A DNA stretch of 64,000 nt from assembly GCA_963924565.1 (NCBI GenBank), contig OZ004612.1, forward strand, positions 7,626,001 through 7,690,000, in the 5' to 3' direction. Below are positions 38,183-50,690 of the stretch, one piece after another. Within the stretch, counting starts at the first letter, position 1; every line of letters begins with the position of its first letter. The notes under the pieces were generated by a model, which was not told the origin of the DNA, made no database searches, and saw only the letters and a list, made by a program, of their open reading frames with translations. Origin of the DNA: Ascidiella aspersa (lineage: Eukaryota). The position numbers were made by a program, and so were the translations under genes.

Positions 38183-41100
38183 CTAAACTGCCGAGGTCGT
38201 GTTAGGGGAAGGAAAGTTGCCTCCTTTTGTCGATTGAGATCGCTCATCAGAAACAACGGGTTTAGTGTTCATTCGAAACTTGGATAATTGTTCTCGGCAA
38301 AAAACCCAAAGCCGTCGGTAAGGTATCGGAGTAAATTATTGGATTCAAAGCGCTGTTAATTGGCAACAGGATAACGGCGGAAAAGGCGTAAGCGAAGGAG
38401 GGCATGACCACTCCGCCCATACTTAGAAAAGTCATAATACAGATGGGCATCCAACAGCACATATCGGTTGCAATAAGGAAAGTGATCTTGCCTTGTATTG
38501 TAGCATTTCTAGCAACAGAATCAGCCACAGAGCGAATGTCTGGTGTCTGTGCAGATCTTCGGTATATAATTACATATGCTACTAAAATATATAGCAAAGA
38601 AACGAAGCTAAACGTGATTGTCACAGCGGAGTAAATGTTGAAACCTGACTCGTCACCTGACAAGCGATAAATCTTAGGTATACAGACGCTATTAGCGCTA
38701 TAATACCGGTGAAAGCCTATATAACATCAGTGGTTTGATTAAGAAAGTTTTTCGACAGGAACTGAACCAATCCGCCCCAGTCCAGCGGTAAATTAGAAGT
38801 CGCATTTCCTGGCTGAAGCGCGTTTAAGCGCAAAATAAATTGCTCCATTTCGTAAAGTTTCACCGTTCCTTGTTTGAAGTAAGGGCTTTTGACAATCAGC
38901 ATATCGCTGACCATATACGTTGATAAAATATCGCTTAAAGGCATGAGAGCAATGAACAAAGCAGCTGCCCAAATAGCTGCAAGACACCCAACAGCCACCC
39001 TAACTCTCAACTGACGACTTTTAAAGGGCCACATGACTCCATAGAGGCGATAAGACGTTAGAAGGATAAGTGTGAAGACGGATGCCTCGCTCGACAAAAC
39101 TATGCTTACGCCCAGCGCACTGCAAGAAGAAATCGCTCGCCAAACCAATAGTTTCCCGAAAACTCAGCCGGACTTGGCGCCCAAGCCGAAAAGGCAACAG
39201 CCCATCAGCAAATCGGCAAAGGCGAGGTTGAGTACAAGAATGTTGTTGATAACCGAAATAGACGATGCCTCCCGTTTTCGAGAATGGCAAAACGATTTGG
39301 ACATGTCAAATAACTTTTGCAACCAAACAAAAAAACATTGCTTCATCGCTTACAGAACTTGAGTTCAGCGACCAATTTCTTAAATGGCGGACAATTGCGA
39401 CAAAATGTCTTGGACAGGGTAAGGTTTTTATAACATTTACCTGAAGGCCACGGAACCTTTCCGGCGTCGCAGTAAAAGCGATCGCATTCGATCTCGTCCT
39501 CGCTTTTGCAGCATTCCTGAACACCGTTGCAAATCGACGGACCCACCAGGTACTCCAGGAAACCCCGGCACTTTCGGTTTATTTCCAAGCCCGTAGCTTT
39601 GTATGACTTGGCCCACACAGGAGGCATTACTATCTGACGAAAAGAACTGTATTCTAAGGACAATGTCAATTGGCTGCCTGTGCATGAAATTGCAGTGTGT
39701 TCGCTTGATATTCCAAGACTTCACTTCGATTTCCTCCATACTTGTTGGGTCTGAGTAACCTAGTCACAAATTGACCAGCTTTATCCCGACTTTGCGCTAC
39801 AACTTCTAACCGACTGAGCGGTAGAAAACGCTCACAAGACATGTTGTGTTGTGCTGTGAGCATTCGCTGAAAAGCGCAGTTATTCTGGATTTGGGAATGC
39901 AAAATAAATCACGAAGTCTAACGACATACGCAGGTTGAAATATCGAGGCTATTTTGCCCAGTTTTGATGAAGTCCTGTCGGGCAGTCAATCTCCCTTGTA
40001 GAAACATACAGTATTAAGTATAATGGTAGAATCCGCTACGCTACGTAAATCTTTGGGTGACATTTAATGTCAGCTAGTATAAACACTAAGTTCGCTCTAA
40101 AACTGGGCAATTTGTTTATTAGAGTAAGTTAATTTTGTTATTGTTTGAATCCCATTAAAGGCTTATTAGATGTTAACATACATAAATTTTTGGGTATTTA
40201 TAATTCAAAACAATTTGTTTACTTAAATGTTTTAGCCTTAATAGTGGTTTTAGATGCATTTAAAAAATTATAATAATGATAACCCGTTAGAAAACAAACC
40301 TTACTTTTTTCAGTGGAATGCTGTCGCAAATGCTGAGCCTTGTGCTACAGTTTGCCCGCTGAGAGTATCCGTCATCAAAATAAAGACATTCCACTTTTCC
40401 GTCGCATCTATAGATAAAAAAATATTTTTATAGTAAAAAGGACAGTTAAAAAAACTGTGTCTCAGTATTTGTGCGACTTAAACTGGTATACCGCTATTAG
40501 GAATTTGTTTGTTAGGATTAAAATTACCCGACACCGTTGTCGACAAACGCTCCTTCAGCGAACGAAGCCAATTTGAGGATGTCGGCCAAAGTACGATGTA
40601 AGGGAGTAATCGGGTCATAAACGAAGTTCTTAGGACTTTTTGCAGTGACAAGTTTTTAATCTTTAGCGCAATGCAACCCGTCTGATTTGGATGTAGGACA
40701 ATCTACCGCGCCATCGCAACACTTATTTCTTGCCAAACAGTTTGAATCGCACTTGAAATGCCCAACGCTGCAGTTACAACACACAGCACCCTGCAGGTCC
40801 GTATTGTAACACAGGTTCGAGCAGACCTCAGTGAGGACAGTTGTATTAAAACCATTCGAGCAAAGGCACTCGTCGGAGAGGTCTTGACAATCGATTATCA
40901 CATCACACAACTGTCTCTTGGATACGATGGTCTTATCGTCCAAGCACATCGAGCACAGAAACTCGCCTCTGTCATCGAAGCAAATATCAGATCCGTCGTC
41001 GCACCAAGGCAACTGATCGTGTAAGGTCCACTGAGGCACTGAGCAGTATTTATTGCCGGTGGGCGAGTTTAAAACTAGTTTTTGGCACTTAAAGCCTGGC

Positions 41101-41778
41101 ATCCAAGTAATGACGTCGGCGCCATTCGGGCAGTGAGTTAACATGTCGCAGTAATACAAGACAGGCAAGTGCTTGGTTGGTTCGGGCAGCGAAACATCTT
41201 CGAACCTTGCTCTTTGCAACTCTCAATCTCGTCGCTACAATCTCCACAGTTGTCGATTCCGTCGCATAAATACTCAAGAGGAATACATCGACGCGATGAG
41301 GCGCATAAAAATCACCTTTTCATCACTCCCGTCTGGACAGTCGCTTACTTTGTTCCCAATCCAGGTATAAGGAATGCATCTTCCGCTATCGAGGCAATGA
41401 AACTCGTCTCTGTTGCATGCAAGTTGCTCAAGCTCGTCGGAAGAGTCGCCACAATCCGAGTATCCGTCTCTTACCCTATACCGCAGCACGCATCTGCCGC
41501 TATCTTTGCAGCGAAACTCAGTTGCGGTATTACAGGAGCTCAACGGCGCCACTTCGTCACTTGCTGTTCCCAGACAATCAGTAATGTTATCGCGGACCCA
41601 CGCCCGCGGGATGCAGCGCGCCTTCTTTAAGCTACTTCCGGCGGGAAGATGGTAGCGCACCTCCGAGCTTGTGCAGGATTCGAACCCGCGCTCCTCGTCA
41701 CTCGGATCGCTGTGGGACAAAGTGTCGCAATCCCTCTCTCCGTCCATCACCATCCACCTCGGAATGCTGCGGCGAGTC
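38183..41778 (-). pseudogene. Inverted, 5'-truncated LDLa-GPCR pseudogene C2
   Basis: Same truncation, exon 7/TM1 loss and ECL1 indels as C1, plus private frameshifts and stops that split exons 4 and 8 into several short ORFs (41274-41780, 40656-41219, 38717-39148, 38262-38663). Confidence 0.92.
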
Positions 41779-43276
41779 ACTATACGATATGTAAAACTAT
41801 ACGATATGTAACACTATACGATATGTAAACTTATCAGACAGTTTTAAACTCAAGTGTAAAATGAGAACGTTATAAACAGCCGAACTAAGGAAGCTTTCAA
41901 TAAGTACATATCAATCTAGGAGTGTGGAAGATATGAAAGAATTTATCTATTAAAAGAACAAAAGCAATCAGTACTTACACTGCACACAAAAAATATTTAG
42001 TAAATTCACTCATAAACGAGCGCATTCGACTCCGAAATATACAGAACGACGCTTGCTATTTTTAACGATTTTTACTTGGCCTTATATAGCTTACATCGGC
42101 CAGATGTTGGTGGTTAATTTTTTGTGACATATGATAAGTAAATCGACTTGAAATCAGGCTTACAACACACGAAATAAGAACACAGAAAATTCTGGACATT
42201 TATCAAAACGCGGCCAAGAGTATGTTGGCAGCTTAAATGATGCACCCAGCCAGCCGCTGCATGTTTGGCGTGACCGCTGCCTAATCCTAACAAAACTTTC
42301 CGCAACCACTACAACAGTGACAAATCCTGCGATGTCTCATTGCAAAGTATAACACATAAAGGATAATAATAAAACGCAAAGTGGCATCTGTTTCGACTTT
42401 TACAACATCATAATATCTTACCTCCCAAGACGGAGGAATCTGAATGACGATGATTTTGTTTTTTATTTCAACGCCTTAAATAGGTCATTTAACTTAATCA
42501 AGACCATTTATCATGATAATTTTTTAACTCAAATCGATAGTTGGGGCTGGTCCACACAAACTCAAATATAAGTGAACGGCACAGTGCTTTATATTGGTTA
42601 ATTGTTGTTTTAATATAAAGTCTGTTTAAAATTGTGTAATGTAGAACGACCGCGGTCTAATAGGACGTTTATGTCAAAATGCCATAAGCTACAGTGGTGT
42701 TGATTTTTTACTTATATTTATTTCCTTCTGCTTTGCACGGGCGACTTCACAAGACTTTGCTTTCTTTCACGTTCAGTTTATTAGAAGGACTTTGAATCAA
42801 TTTTCGGACTATATTATATTTCATGATACAGACTTAAGATGACGCCAGTACAAGGAAGTCTTGCGTCGGGCCAATCAAAGTACGAGATGAAAAAAAAGGC
42901 CGTTAAATGACCCTTCCTTAACATTTCGGTAAACACCCATAGATACGTGCAATTGCGCTTGGTGCAGCTAACCACTAACGTCACATTTTCTATGCTTCAA
43001 CGTGCAAATCGAAACCACAAGTTTATGTTTCCAAAGTTGCCAGCTTATATTCAAACTTAGCCATATAGTGAGTAGCTTTAAACGATTTAGTTTTTTATAC
43101 CTTATGCCGCAGCAAATTACGAAGAATAGGTTTTCGTTCATGAGTTTAGTTCAATTAAATATGGTTTCCTGTTTCTGGGTGAATACCAAGGTTAAAATAA
43201 ATAATAATAACACCAATCAAAGTACAAGAAAAAACGATCAATATTTTAGCTTTCAGCAACAGGCCTATTATACAAC

Positions 43277-46200
43277 ATGCTCGATTTTCTTTATCCAATT
43301 ATCTGCTTCTTGGTAATCTCAACTAAATTCAAAACTGTTTTCGGTAAGTAGATTTTTGTTGGCCCCTGATTTGCTTTTGAGCTACTTAGTCTATTTAAGC
43401 CCAGCCAATATAGCAACACCATAATTGCTGTCGTGTATAATAATTGGTTAATGTTAAAAATAAGTTTTAAAGTTTATACTTGTATGTTACAAAGTTCCAG
43501 TTGAGAGCCACGACTTGGCGATACGAATACGTGATTCCTCGTGTCGGACGGAGGATGGATTTTTCCTGTGCGACAATTTGCAGTGCGTGCAAAGACAGGA
43601 TGTCCTCGACACCACAATCGACTGCGCAGATGGGAGTGACCAGCGCTCAAGTATGCCACATATTATTATCTTCGCAAGACTTGATATACAATAAGCAGTT
43701 TAGACTTTTGATTTTACCATTCCAACACAAGCCGAAAAGCTTTAAAAATAAATTATATATGTCCACCAGAAAAGAGTCCAGGATTTCGTTTAGGGGAGCC
43801 GGGAAATTTTTCAGGAATGACGTCACAAAGTTACATTTTGTGAGGCCCGCGAAATGCTTTAAATTTCGGCAAGAACTCGAATTATCTTCCACATTCCATC
43901 CTTTTTAACACCATTGTCCTGCGCTATTGCTAATTAACTGTCATTAAACCAAAATATCTTATTTAAACTTGGCCAGCTTTCCTGTTTAAAACTGAAAGAT
44001 TTTGTCTAAGTAAGTTGTGTCATACATGCAACCTACTCACGTTTTGCAGCTGAGGCACAAACAACGTTTGAATATTTAAAATTTTGTCTTAACTGGGTCG
44101 ATACACTGATCCTTTGAACACTTTTTTATGGTTTTAAAATCAAGAAAAAAACAACGATTATTGATGCCTTTGTTGCAAATTACTTTCGTTACATTTGCAA
44201 CGTTTTCCAGATTCGTGGCACTTACCGCGCTAAAAAACATTTATGTTTATGTGGTCGCCCATACCACTCTATCACTATATATTTATGAATGCTGCTAAAA
44301 GTTAGTGTGTATATTTACAAGTAAATCAGCGAAGGTGTGCCACCAGCAAACGAAAATAAGAAATACTGTTAACAGCTTAGTGCAGATACATTAAATAGGC
44401 CTATATTGATCATGTTAAAACGATTTTGTTTCTTAAGTTTGTTGTTGCGGCTCACAGACGTAATCCAAATATGTCACAGGGTTCTCAGTAAGACTTGAGT
44501 TTGTCACCCTGTAATAGTGCTAATCCCTGGGTGTACTAAGAAATGAGAAAACATAGCATTAGTTTTTAATAATGTTTAATTTTCAAACTTCCTTTGGAAA
44601 ACCGTAGAGTAAAATGTGCCCTTAATGGGTTTGGATGCCTCATTTCAAATCATGAAGTTGTGCGCATAGAAACGCATGGTCCGCTTTAACTAAAGGCAAC
44701 GAATTTACCTTCCAGCAATAAATTGCACGGACGACGAATTCCCTTGCCGATCGACCTTCCGTTGCGTTCCGAGGCAGTTTGCGGTGGACGGATGTATCCA
44801 TAAAAGAAACGTGATACTCGGGTGCAGAGAAGATAAAGGTTAGAACGTCGCATACGACATAAGCTTTTAAACATATTTTTTTATTTGGAGGTTTGCAATA
44901 TTAGTTGCTTTCTCATGTTTTCTTTAAGTCGTGAGGGCAAGGCGTATAGTGAAGAAAATGTTGAACTACGTTTTTACATATCCGAAAGTCATAACTTTTG
45001 TGATATTGCCTTCATAAATTGGTGCCGCAGAATTCACTTGCCGCAAGACTCGCCGCTGCATCCCGAGGTGGATGGTGATGGACGGAGAGAGGGATTGCGA
45101 CACTTTGTCCCACAACGATTCAAGTGACGAGGAGCGCGGGTTCGAATCCTGCACGAGCTCGGAGGTGCGCTGCCATCTTCCCGTCAGAAGTAGCTTAAAG
45201 AAGGCGCGCTGCATTCCGCGGGCGTGGGTCCGCGATAACATACCCGATTGTACAGGAACGGGGAGTGACGAAGTGGCGCCGTTGAGCTCCTGTAATAATG
45301 TAACCGAGTTTCGCTGCAAATATAGCGGAAGATGCGTGCTGCGTTATAGGGTAAGAGACGGATACTCGGATTGTGGCGACTTTTCCGACGAGCTTGAGCA
45401 ACTTGCATGCAACAGAGACGAGTTTCATTTTGTCGATAGCGGAAGATGCATTCCAGATACCTGGATTGGGAACAAAGTAAGCGACTGTCCAGACGGAAGC
45501 GATGAAAAGGTGATTAGGCAACCAACAAACTGTTCGGCAAACCAGTACTTATGCGCCTCGTCGCGTCGATGTATTCCTCTTGAATATTTATGCGACGGAA
45601 TCGAGAGTTGCAAAGAGAAAAGGTTCGAAAATGTTTCGCTGCCCGAACCAGCCAAGCACTTGCCTGTCTTGGCAGTATTCCTGCGACGCGTTAACCGACT
45701 GCCCGAATGGCGCCGACGACATCACGTGGATGCCAGGCTTTAAGTGCCAAAAAATAGTTTTAAACTCGCCCACCGGCAAGAAGTACTGCTCAGTGCCTCA
45801 ATGGGCCTTACACGATCAGTTGCCTTGGTGCGACGACGGATCTGATATTTGCTTCGATGACAGAGGCGAGTTTCTGTGCTCAATGTGCTTGGACGGCAAG
45901 ACCATCATAGCCAAGAGGCAGTTGTGTGATGGGATAATTGACTGTCCAGACCTTTCCGACGAGTGCCTATGCTCGAATGGTTTTAATACTATTGTCCTTA
46001 CTGAAGTCTGCTCAAACGTGTGTTACAATACTGACCGGCATTGTGCTGCGTGTCGCAACTGCAGCGTTGGGCATTTCAAGTGCGATTCAAACTGCTTGGA
46101 AATAAATAAATTTTGCGATGGCGTGGTAGATTGCACGACATCCAAACCAGACGAGTTGTATTGCGCTGAAAATCAAAAACTTGTCAATGCAAAAAGTTCG

Positions 46201-49200
46201 AAGAACTTCGTTTGTGACCCGATTACTCCCTTACATCGTACGTTGGCTGACATTTTTCGATTCGCCTCTTTCGCTGAAGAAGCGTTTGTGGAGAACGCTG
46301 TCGGGTAAATTAATTTTTCACATTAAGATACCTAAACTGAGAATATAGTTTAAATTGTACACATAGTATAGGATAAACATCAAACTAAAAACAAAACTTT
46401 GTAGCCTGAACCTAAAGTCAGTTTATTTCGATTTTATTATGATATATATGTTTCATTTCTTGACTCCAGTCAAGCCATTTTGCCCTAATGAAACAGTAAA
46501 TCAATTTACTTAAGTTAAGTCATTGACTTAAGTCATAACAACACTGATGGAAACACACAAAAAAATGTAAAACAAGGGAAGATTGCGTTAGTTGAAAGAA
46601 AACAAACGTAGCAGAAATGCGTCCACATTTTCGGCTTTTTAAGTATTTGATTTTAGAAAGAATTTGTTTTTACCATCACTGTAGATGCGACGGAAAAGTG
46701 GAGTGTCTTTATTTTGAAGACGAATGCTCCCCTCGGGCAAATTGTAGCACAAGGCTCAAGGTTTGCGACAGCATTCCAATGAAAAAGTTAGTATGTGAAT
46801 ACCCAAGTGTTCAATTTTGTTTTGTTAATTTACTGAGAATTATTTTTCCTGACAAGATACTGCATAGTAAACATACATTAAATTCAAAGTGAAAGACCGG
46901 TATATAATGAATATGCTGTTGCTGCAAAAAATATTTCGGCAAAAATATTTCTTAAAAAAACATGTGTATATATATATATATATAAATAAATTGTATTGGA
47001 ATACGTTTAATAAATTAAAATGAAAAATTATTCTCGACGATAACTATCAGTTTTACCTGCTGCCAACTATCACATCAACTTTAAGTGAAATGTTAAATCA
47101 GGCGTTACAAATCTAACCCTGCTGCTACGCTTTCTTTACCGCCAGATAGTAATTCCCACTTTATGGACGAAGTTGTACAACGCGACAGGCAAGGAAATGA
47201 ACCGCATGTGTGGCGGTTTTCTGGAATACGTGCTGGGATCTTCAATTTGCAATGGTGTTCAGGAATGTAGCGAAAAGGAAGACGAGACCGAATGCGATCG
47301 TTTCTACTGCGACGCGGGAAAAGTACCGTGGATCACAGGTGAAAGCACATAAAAGCACACGACTTGTAATTCCTTAATACGACACGAAAGGCAATTACGT
47401 CACATGTTGGTGGGTTTACAAAAATTCCATCTCCACTGTTGGCTGTTGATTAGCAAAACCTGCATTTCTAAAGAGTGCCAAATGACGTGGGGTGCCTTTT
47501 TTTATCAAAATCAGTTGACTTAAAATATTGTTTAAAGATTTGCCTATTTGGGGGCACACTGAACAAACTTTTGGGTTTGCACAAAACGGATTGTAACAGA
47601 CCGACATAAAATAAGAAGCACAACACACACTAGATACAGATACATAAATATTTATTTAGGAGTAAGACCAAAGATTAGTATTCCTTAGTTGGAACATTGC
47701 AACGGAGAGTTCGATTGCAAGGACAAAACGGACGAAATGAACTGCAACAAATCCACACATTTCTATTGCAAAAACGAAGAGCCTCTGTTTGTTGACCGCG
47801 AAAAGGTAGTATTATAACGAACGGCCATAGTTGATGGCATTGTGTTTATATTTCTCAAAGATATAGTTAATAACTTCAACAAATAAATTTTTACTAGAAC
47901 CGTCATCGCCTTTTTATCAATAAAATAATTGAATTTACAAATGGCTGTTCATCAATATTTATAACAATACTAAATGCTGCGAGCCCTTTCGATAGGAAAA
48001 ACCACGACGAAGATATAGCGTCACGAAATTACGTCATAACCATAACACCACAAAGTTACATCAAAACGTAAAACGCCATAAAGATACAATAGGGTGAAAA
48101 AAAACTGGTCCGCCTTAACCCTAACCCTAACCCTAACCCTAGCCAGACCTGTTTTAGCGGCTGTTCCAACGCCAAAATCGATCCTACCGGGCCAGTTTTG
48201 GCGCTTGATTACGACCAAAATCGATCCGGCCGGACCGATTTTGGCCAGACCAATTTTGGCGTGACATATCTAGCCATATATCCCATTAAGAGATGCGATG
48301 CCACCCATGCTCTTGCGTGGGTCCACGCATCAGCAAACCTGCGCTTATAAGTGAATTGTTTGACCGAATATGTTTTATCGCATTTTACTCTGTGCGTTTG
48401 CACATTTTCACCGTTTTCTTATTCAAAAAAATAATTTAACCTATATTTGTTAACAATTCCTGCAAAGCAATAAAGGCTATTAAATCTTTCATCTTTCAGG
48501 TTGCCAACAACTTCATTTACATCGGTGAAACAAACACCTTTAAGCTAAAACAATGACAAACCCAAACTCTGCTAGTTGATGTTTTTTTTAATTTTCTTAG
48601 GTTCTTGACGGGAAGATCGATTGCACGGACTCATCCGACGAATGTCCGGAGGACTTTGCCGATACGAGCGCCGTTTCCTCCAAGACCGAGATGATAAAGT
48701 CGCCCGTCCTCCGCGGCTTCGTTTGGCTCATGGCTATTTTAGCATTCTTCGGAAATGTCGCCGTGATCTTCAAGACGGTCAGGTTCATTTTCCATTCTCG
48801 AAAACGGGAGGCATCGTCTATTTCGATTATTAACAACATCTTTGTTCTTAACCTCGCCTTTGCCGATTTACTGATGGGCTGTTGCCTTTTCGGCTTGGGC
48901 GCCAAGTCGGCTGAATTTTCGGGAAACTATTGCTTGGAAGACTTGGTCTGGCGAGCGAGTTCTTCTTGCAGTGCACTGGGAGTGAGCATAGTTTTGTCAA
49001 GCGAGGCATCCGTCTTCACACTTATCCTTCTAACATCTTATCGCCTCTACGGAGTCCTGTTGCCCTTCAAAAGTCGTCAGTTGAGAGTTAGGGTGGCTGT
49101 TGGGTATCTTGCAACTATTTGGGCAGTTGCTTTGTTCATTGCTCTCATGCCCTTGAGCGATATTTTATCAACGTATATGGTGACAGACATGCTGATATCC

Positions 49201-49905
49201 AAAAGTCCTTACTTTAAAGAAGGAACGGTGAAACTTTACGAACTGGAGCAATTTGCATTGCGCTTAAACGCACTTCAACCTGGAAATGCGACTTCTAATT
49301 TACCGCTGGACTGGGGCGGATTGGTTCAGTTCCTGTCGAAAAACTTTCCTAATCAAACCACTGAAGTTTTAGGCTATCACGGGTATTACAGCGCTAACGG
49401 CGTCTGTATACCTAAGATTTATCGCTTGTCAGGTGACGAGTCAGGTTTCAACATTTACTCCGCTGTGACAATCACGTTTAGCTTCGTTTCTTTGCTATAT
49501 ATTTTAGTAGCTTATGTCATTATATACCGAAGATCTTCACAGAAACCAAACATTCGTTCAGCTTCGGCTTCTGCAGCTAGAAATGCTGGAATGCAACGCA
49601 AGATCACTTTCCTTATTGCAACCGATATGTGCTGTTGGATGCCCATCTGTATTATGACTTTTCTAAGTATGGGCGGAGTGGTTTTGCCCTCCTTTGCTTA
49701 CGCCTTTTCCGCCGTTATCCTGTTGCCAATTAACAGCGCTTTAAATCCAATAATTTACTCCGATACCTTTCCGACCGCTTTAGGTTTTTGTCGAACGCAT
49801 CTTTTAAAGTTCCGCACCAAGACTAAACCCGTTTTTTCTGAGCAGCGATCTCAATCGACAAAAGAAGGCAACTTGCCTTCCCCTAAAACGACTTCAGGAC
49901 TATAG
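43277..49905 (+). pseudogene. Chimeric LDLa-GPCR copy B2 (type B 5' half, A-like 3' half); ectodomain disabled, 7TM exon open
   Basis: Exons 43277-43343, 43501-43650, 44716-44838, 45031-46304, 46685-46786, 47146-47338, 47660-47805, 48601-49905. Lesions: 30-bp deletion after 45604, +A at 45618-45621, -A at 46782-46786, TGG>TAG at 47686-47688. Confidence 0.88.
48090..48266. mobile_element. Partial palindromic element with (TAACCC)4 in intron 7 of B2
   Basis: Right half of the 8562-8794 element with four perfect TAACCC units at 48116-48139. The left arm and adjacent intron are deleted. Confidence 0.65.
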
Positions 49906-50324
49906 ATTTTTATACACGCTGTGCAGTGTAGAAGTTTGCTCAAGTTTTGAACTTTTGACTACAACTTTAAATGTTGTAGGCCTATTTGTTATTCTGATAG
50001 AAAAAAAAATAGTTTTGTTATGTTTTGTCTTATGTTAAAATATGTTTGTAGACTGCACACTCATAGGGTTGTCTTGTGACTATTTACTTCATTTTTGTTT
50101 CTGTTGTTCTAAATTTAAGTTATGAGATTATGAGGGTATAGGCTATAAACATTCCGAAACAGACAACAGACTGAGCTATCGTTTTATTGTTTGTAAATAG
50201 CACGGTTATATATTCGGTGTTAAGGCGTTTTTGTATTAAAATAATAAATTGTACAAATGACGTATTTAATGTGCAGCTAATGCAATACCATATAGCGAAC
50301 ACACCATAACGTCATATGTTAAAC

Positions 50325-50690
50325 CAGGGTTCGGCAACCTTCGGCCCGCGGATATAATTCATCCGGCCCGCCGCCTGTTTGACAAATTAGACACGAGTCC
50401 ATTTAACATACTTTTTGACTATTTTAGCTACTTAAGTTCGAAAAATTTTCGTACTTTGTGCGAATGATCTTTTTACATCCGGTTTGTACGTTTGTATGCT
50501 GTCTTTTTAACTAAATCAGCGATTATTTATAGTTGCGCCGTGCAAGACTGCCTAGTGCGTCGCGGAAAAGTTGAAAACGTATTTAAAAATATTGCGCATA
50601 TTTTTTAACCATTTTTTTATTTTTATTTTCGGCAATGTAATAAAACTTGCAAGAAAATGAAAAGAATAGCCGGTTTACCAAAAAATCGCG
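50325..50690. mobile_element. Truncated hAT-like MITE family 1 (left part only, no hairpin insert)
   Basis: Left TIR and TGTTAAAC flank present. Breaks at 50690 into type B 3'-flank sequence (matching 1696 and 25865). Confidence 0.85.

Larger units (their letters stand above)
25325..50690. repeat. Tandem segmental duplication unit 2 (A2, MITE, C2, chimeric B2 with A-like 3' end)
   Basis: Colinear with unit 1 up to about exon 6 of B2, then A-like sequence up to a deletion junction at 50690/50691. Confidence 0.9.
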
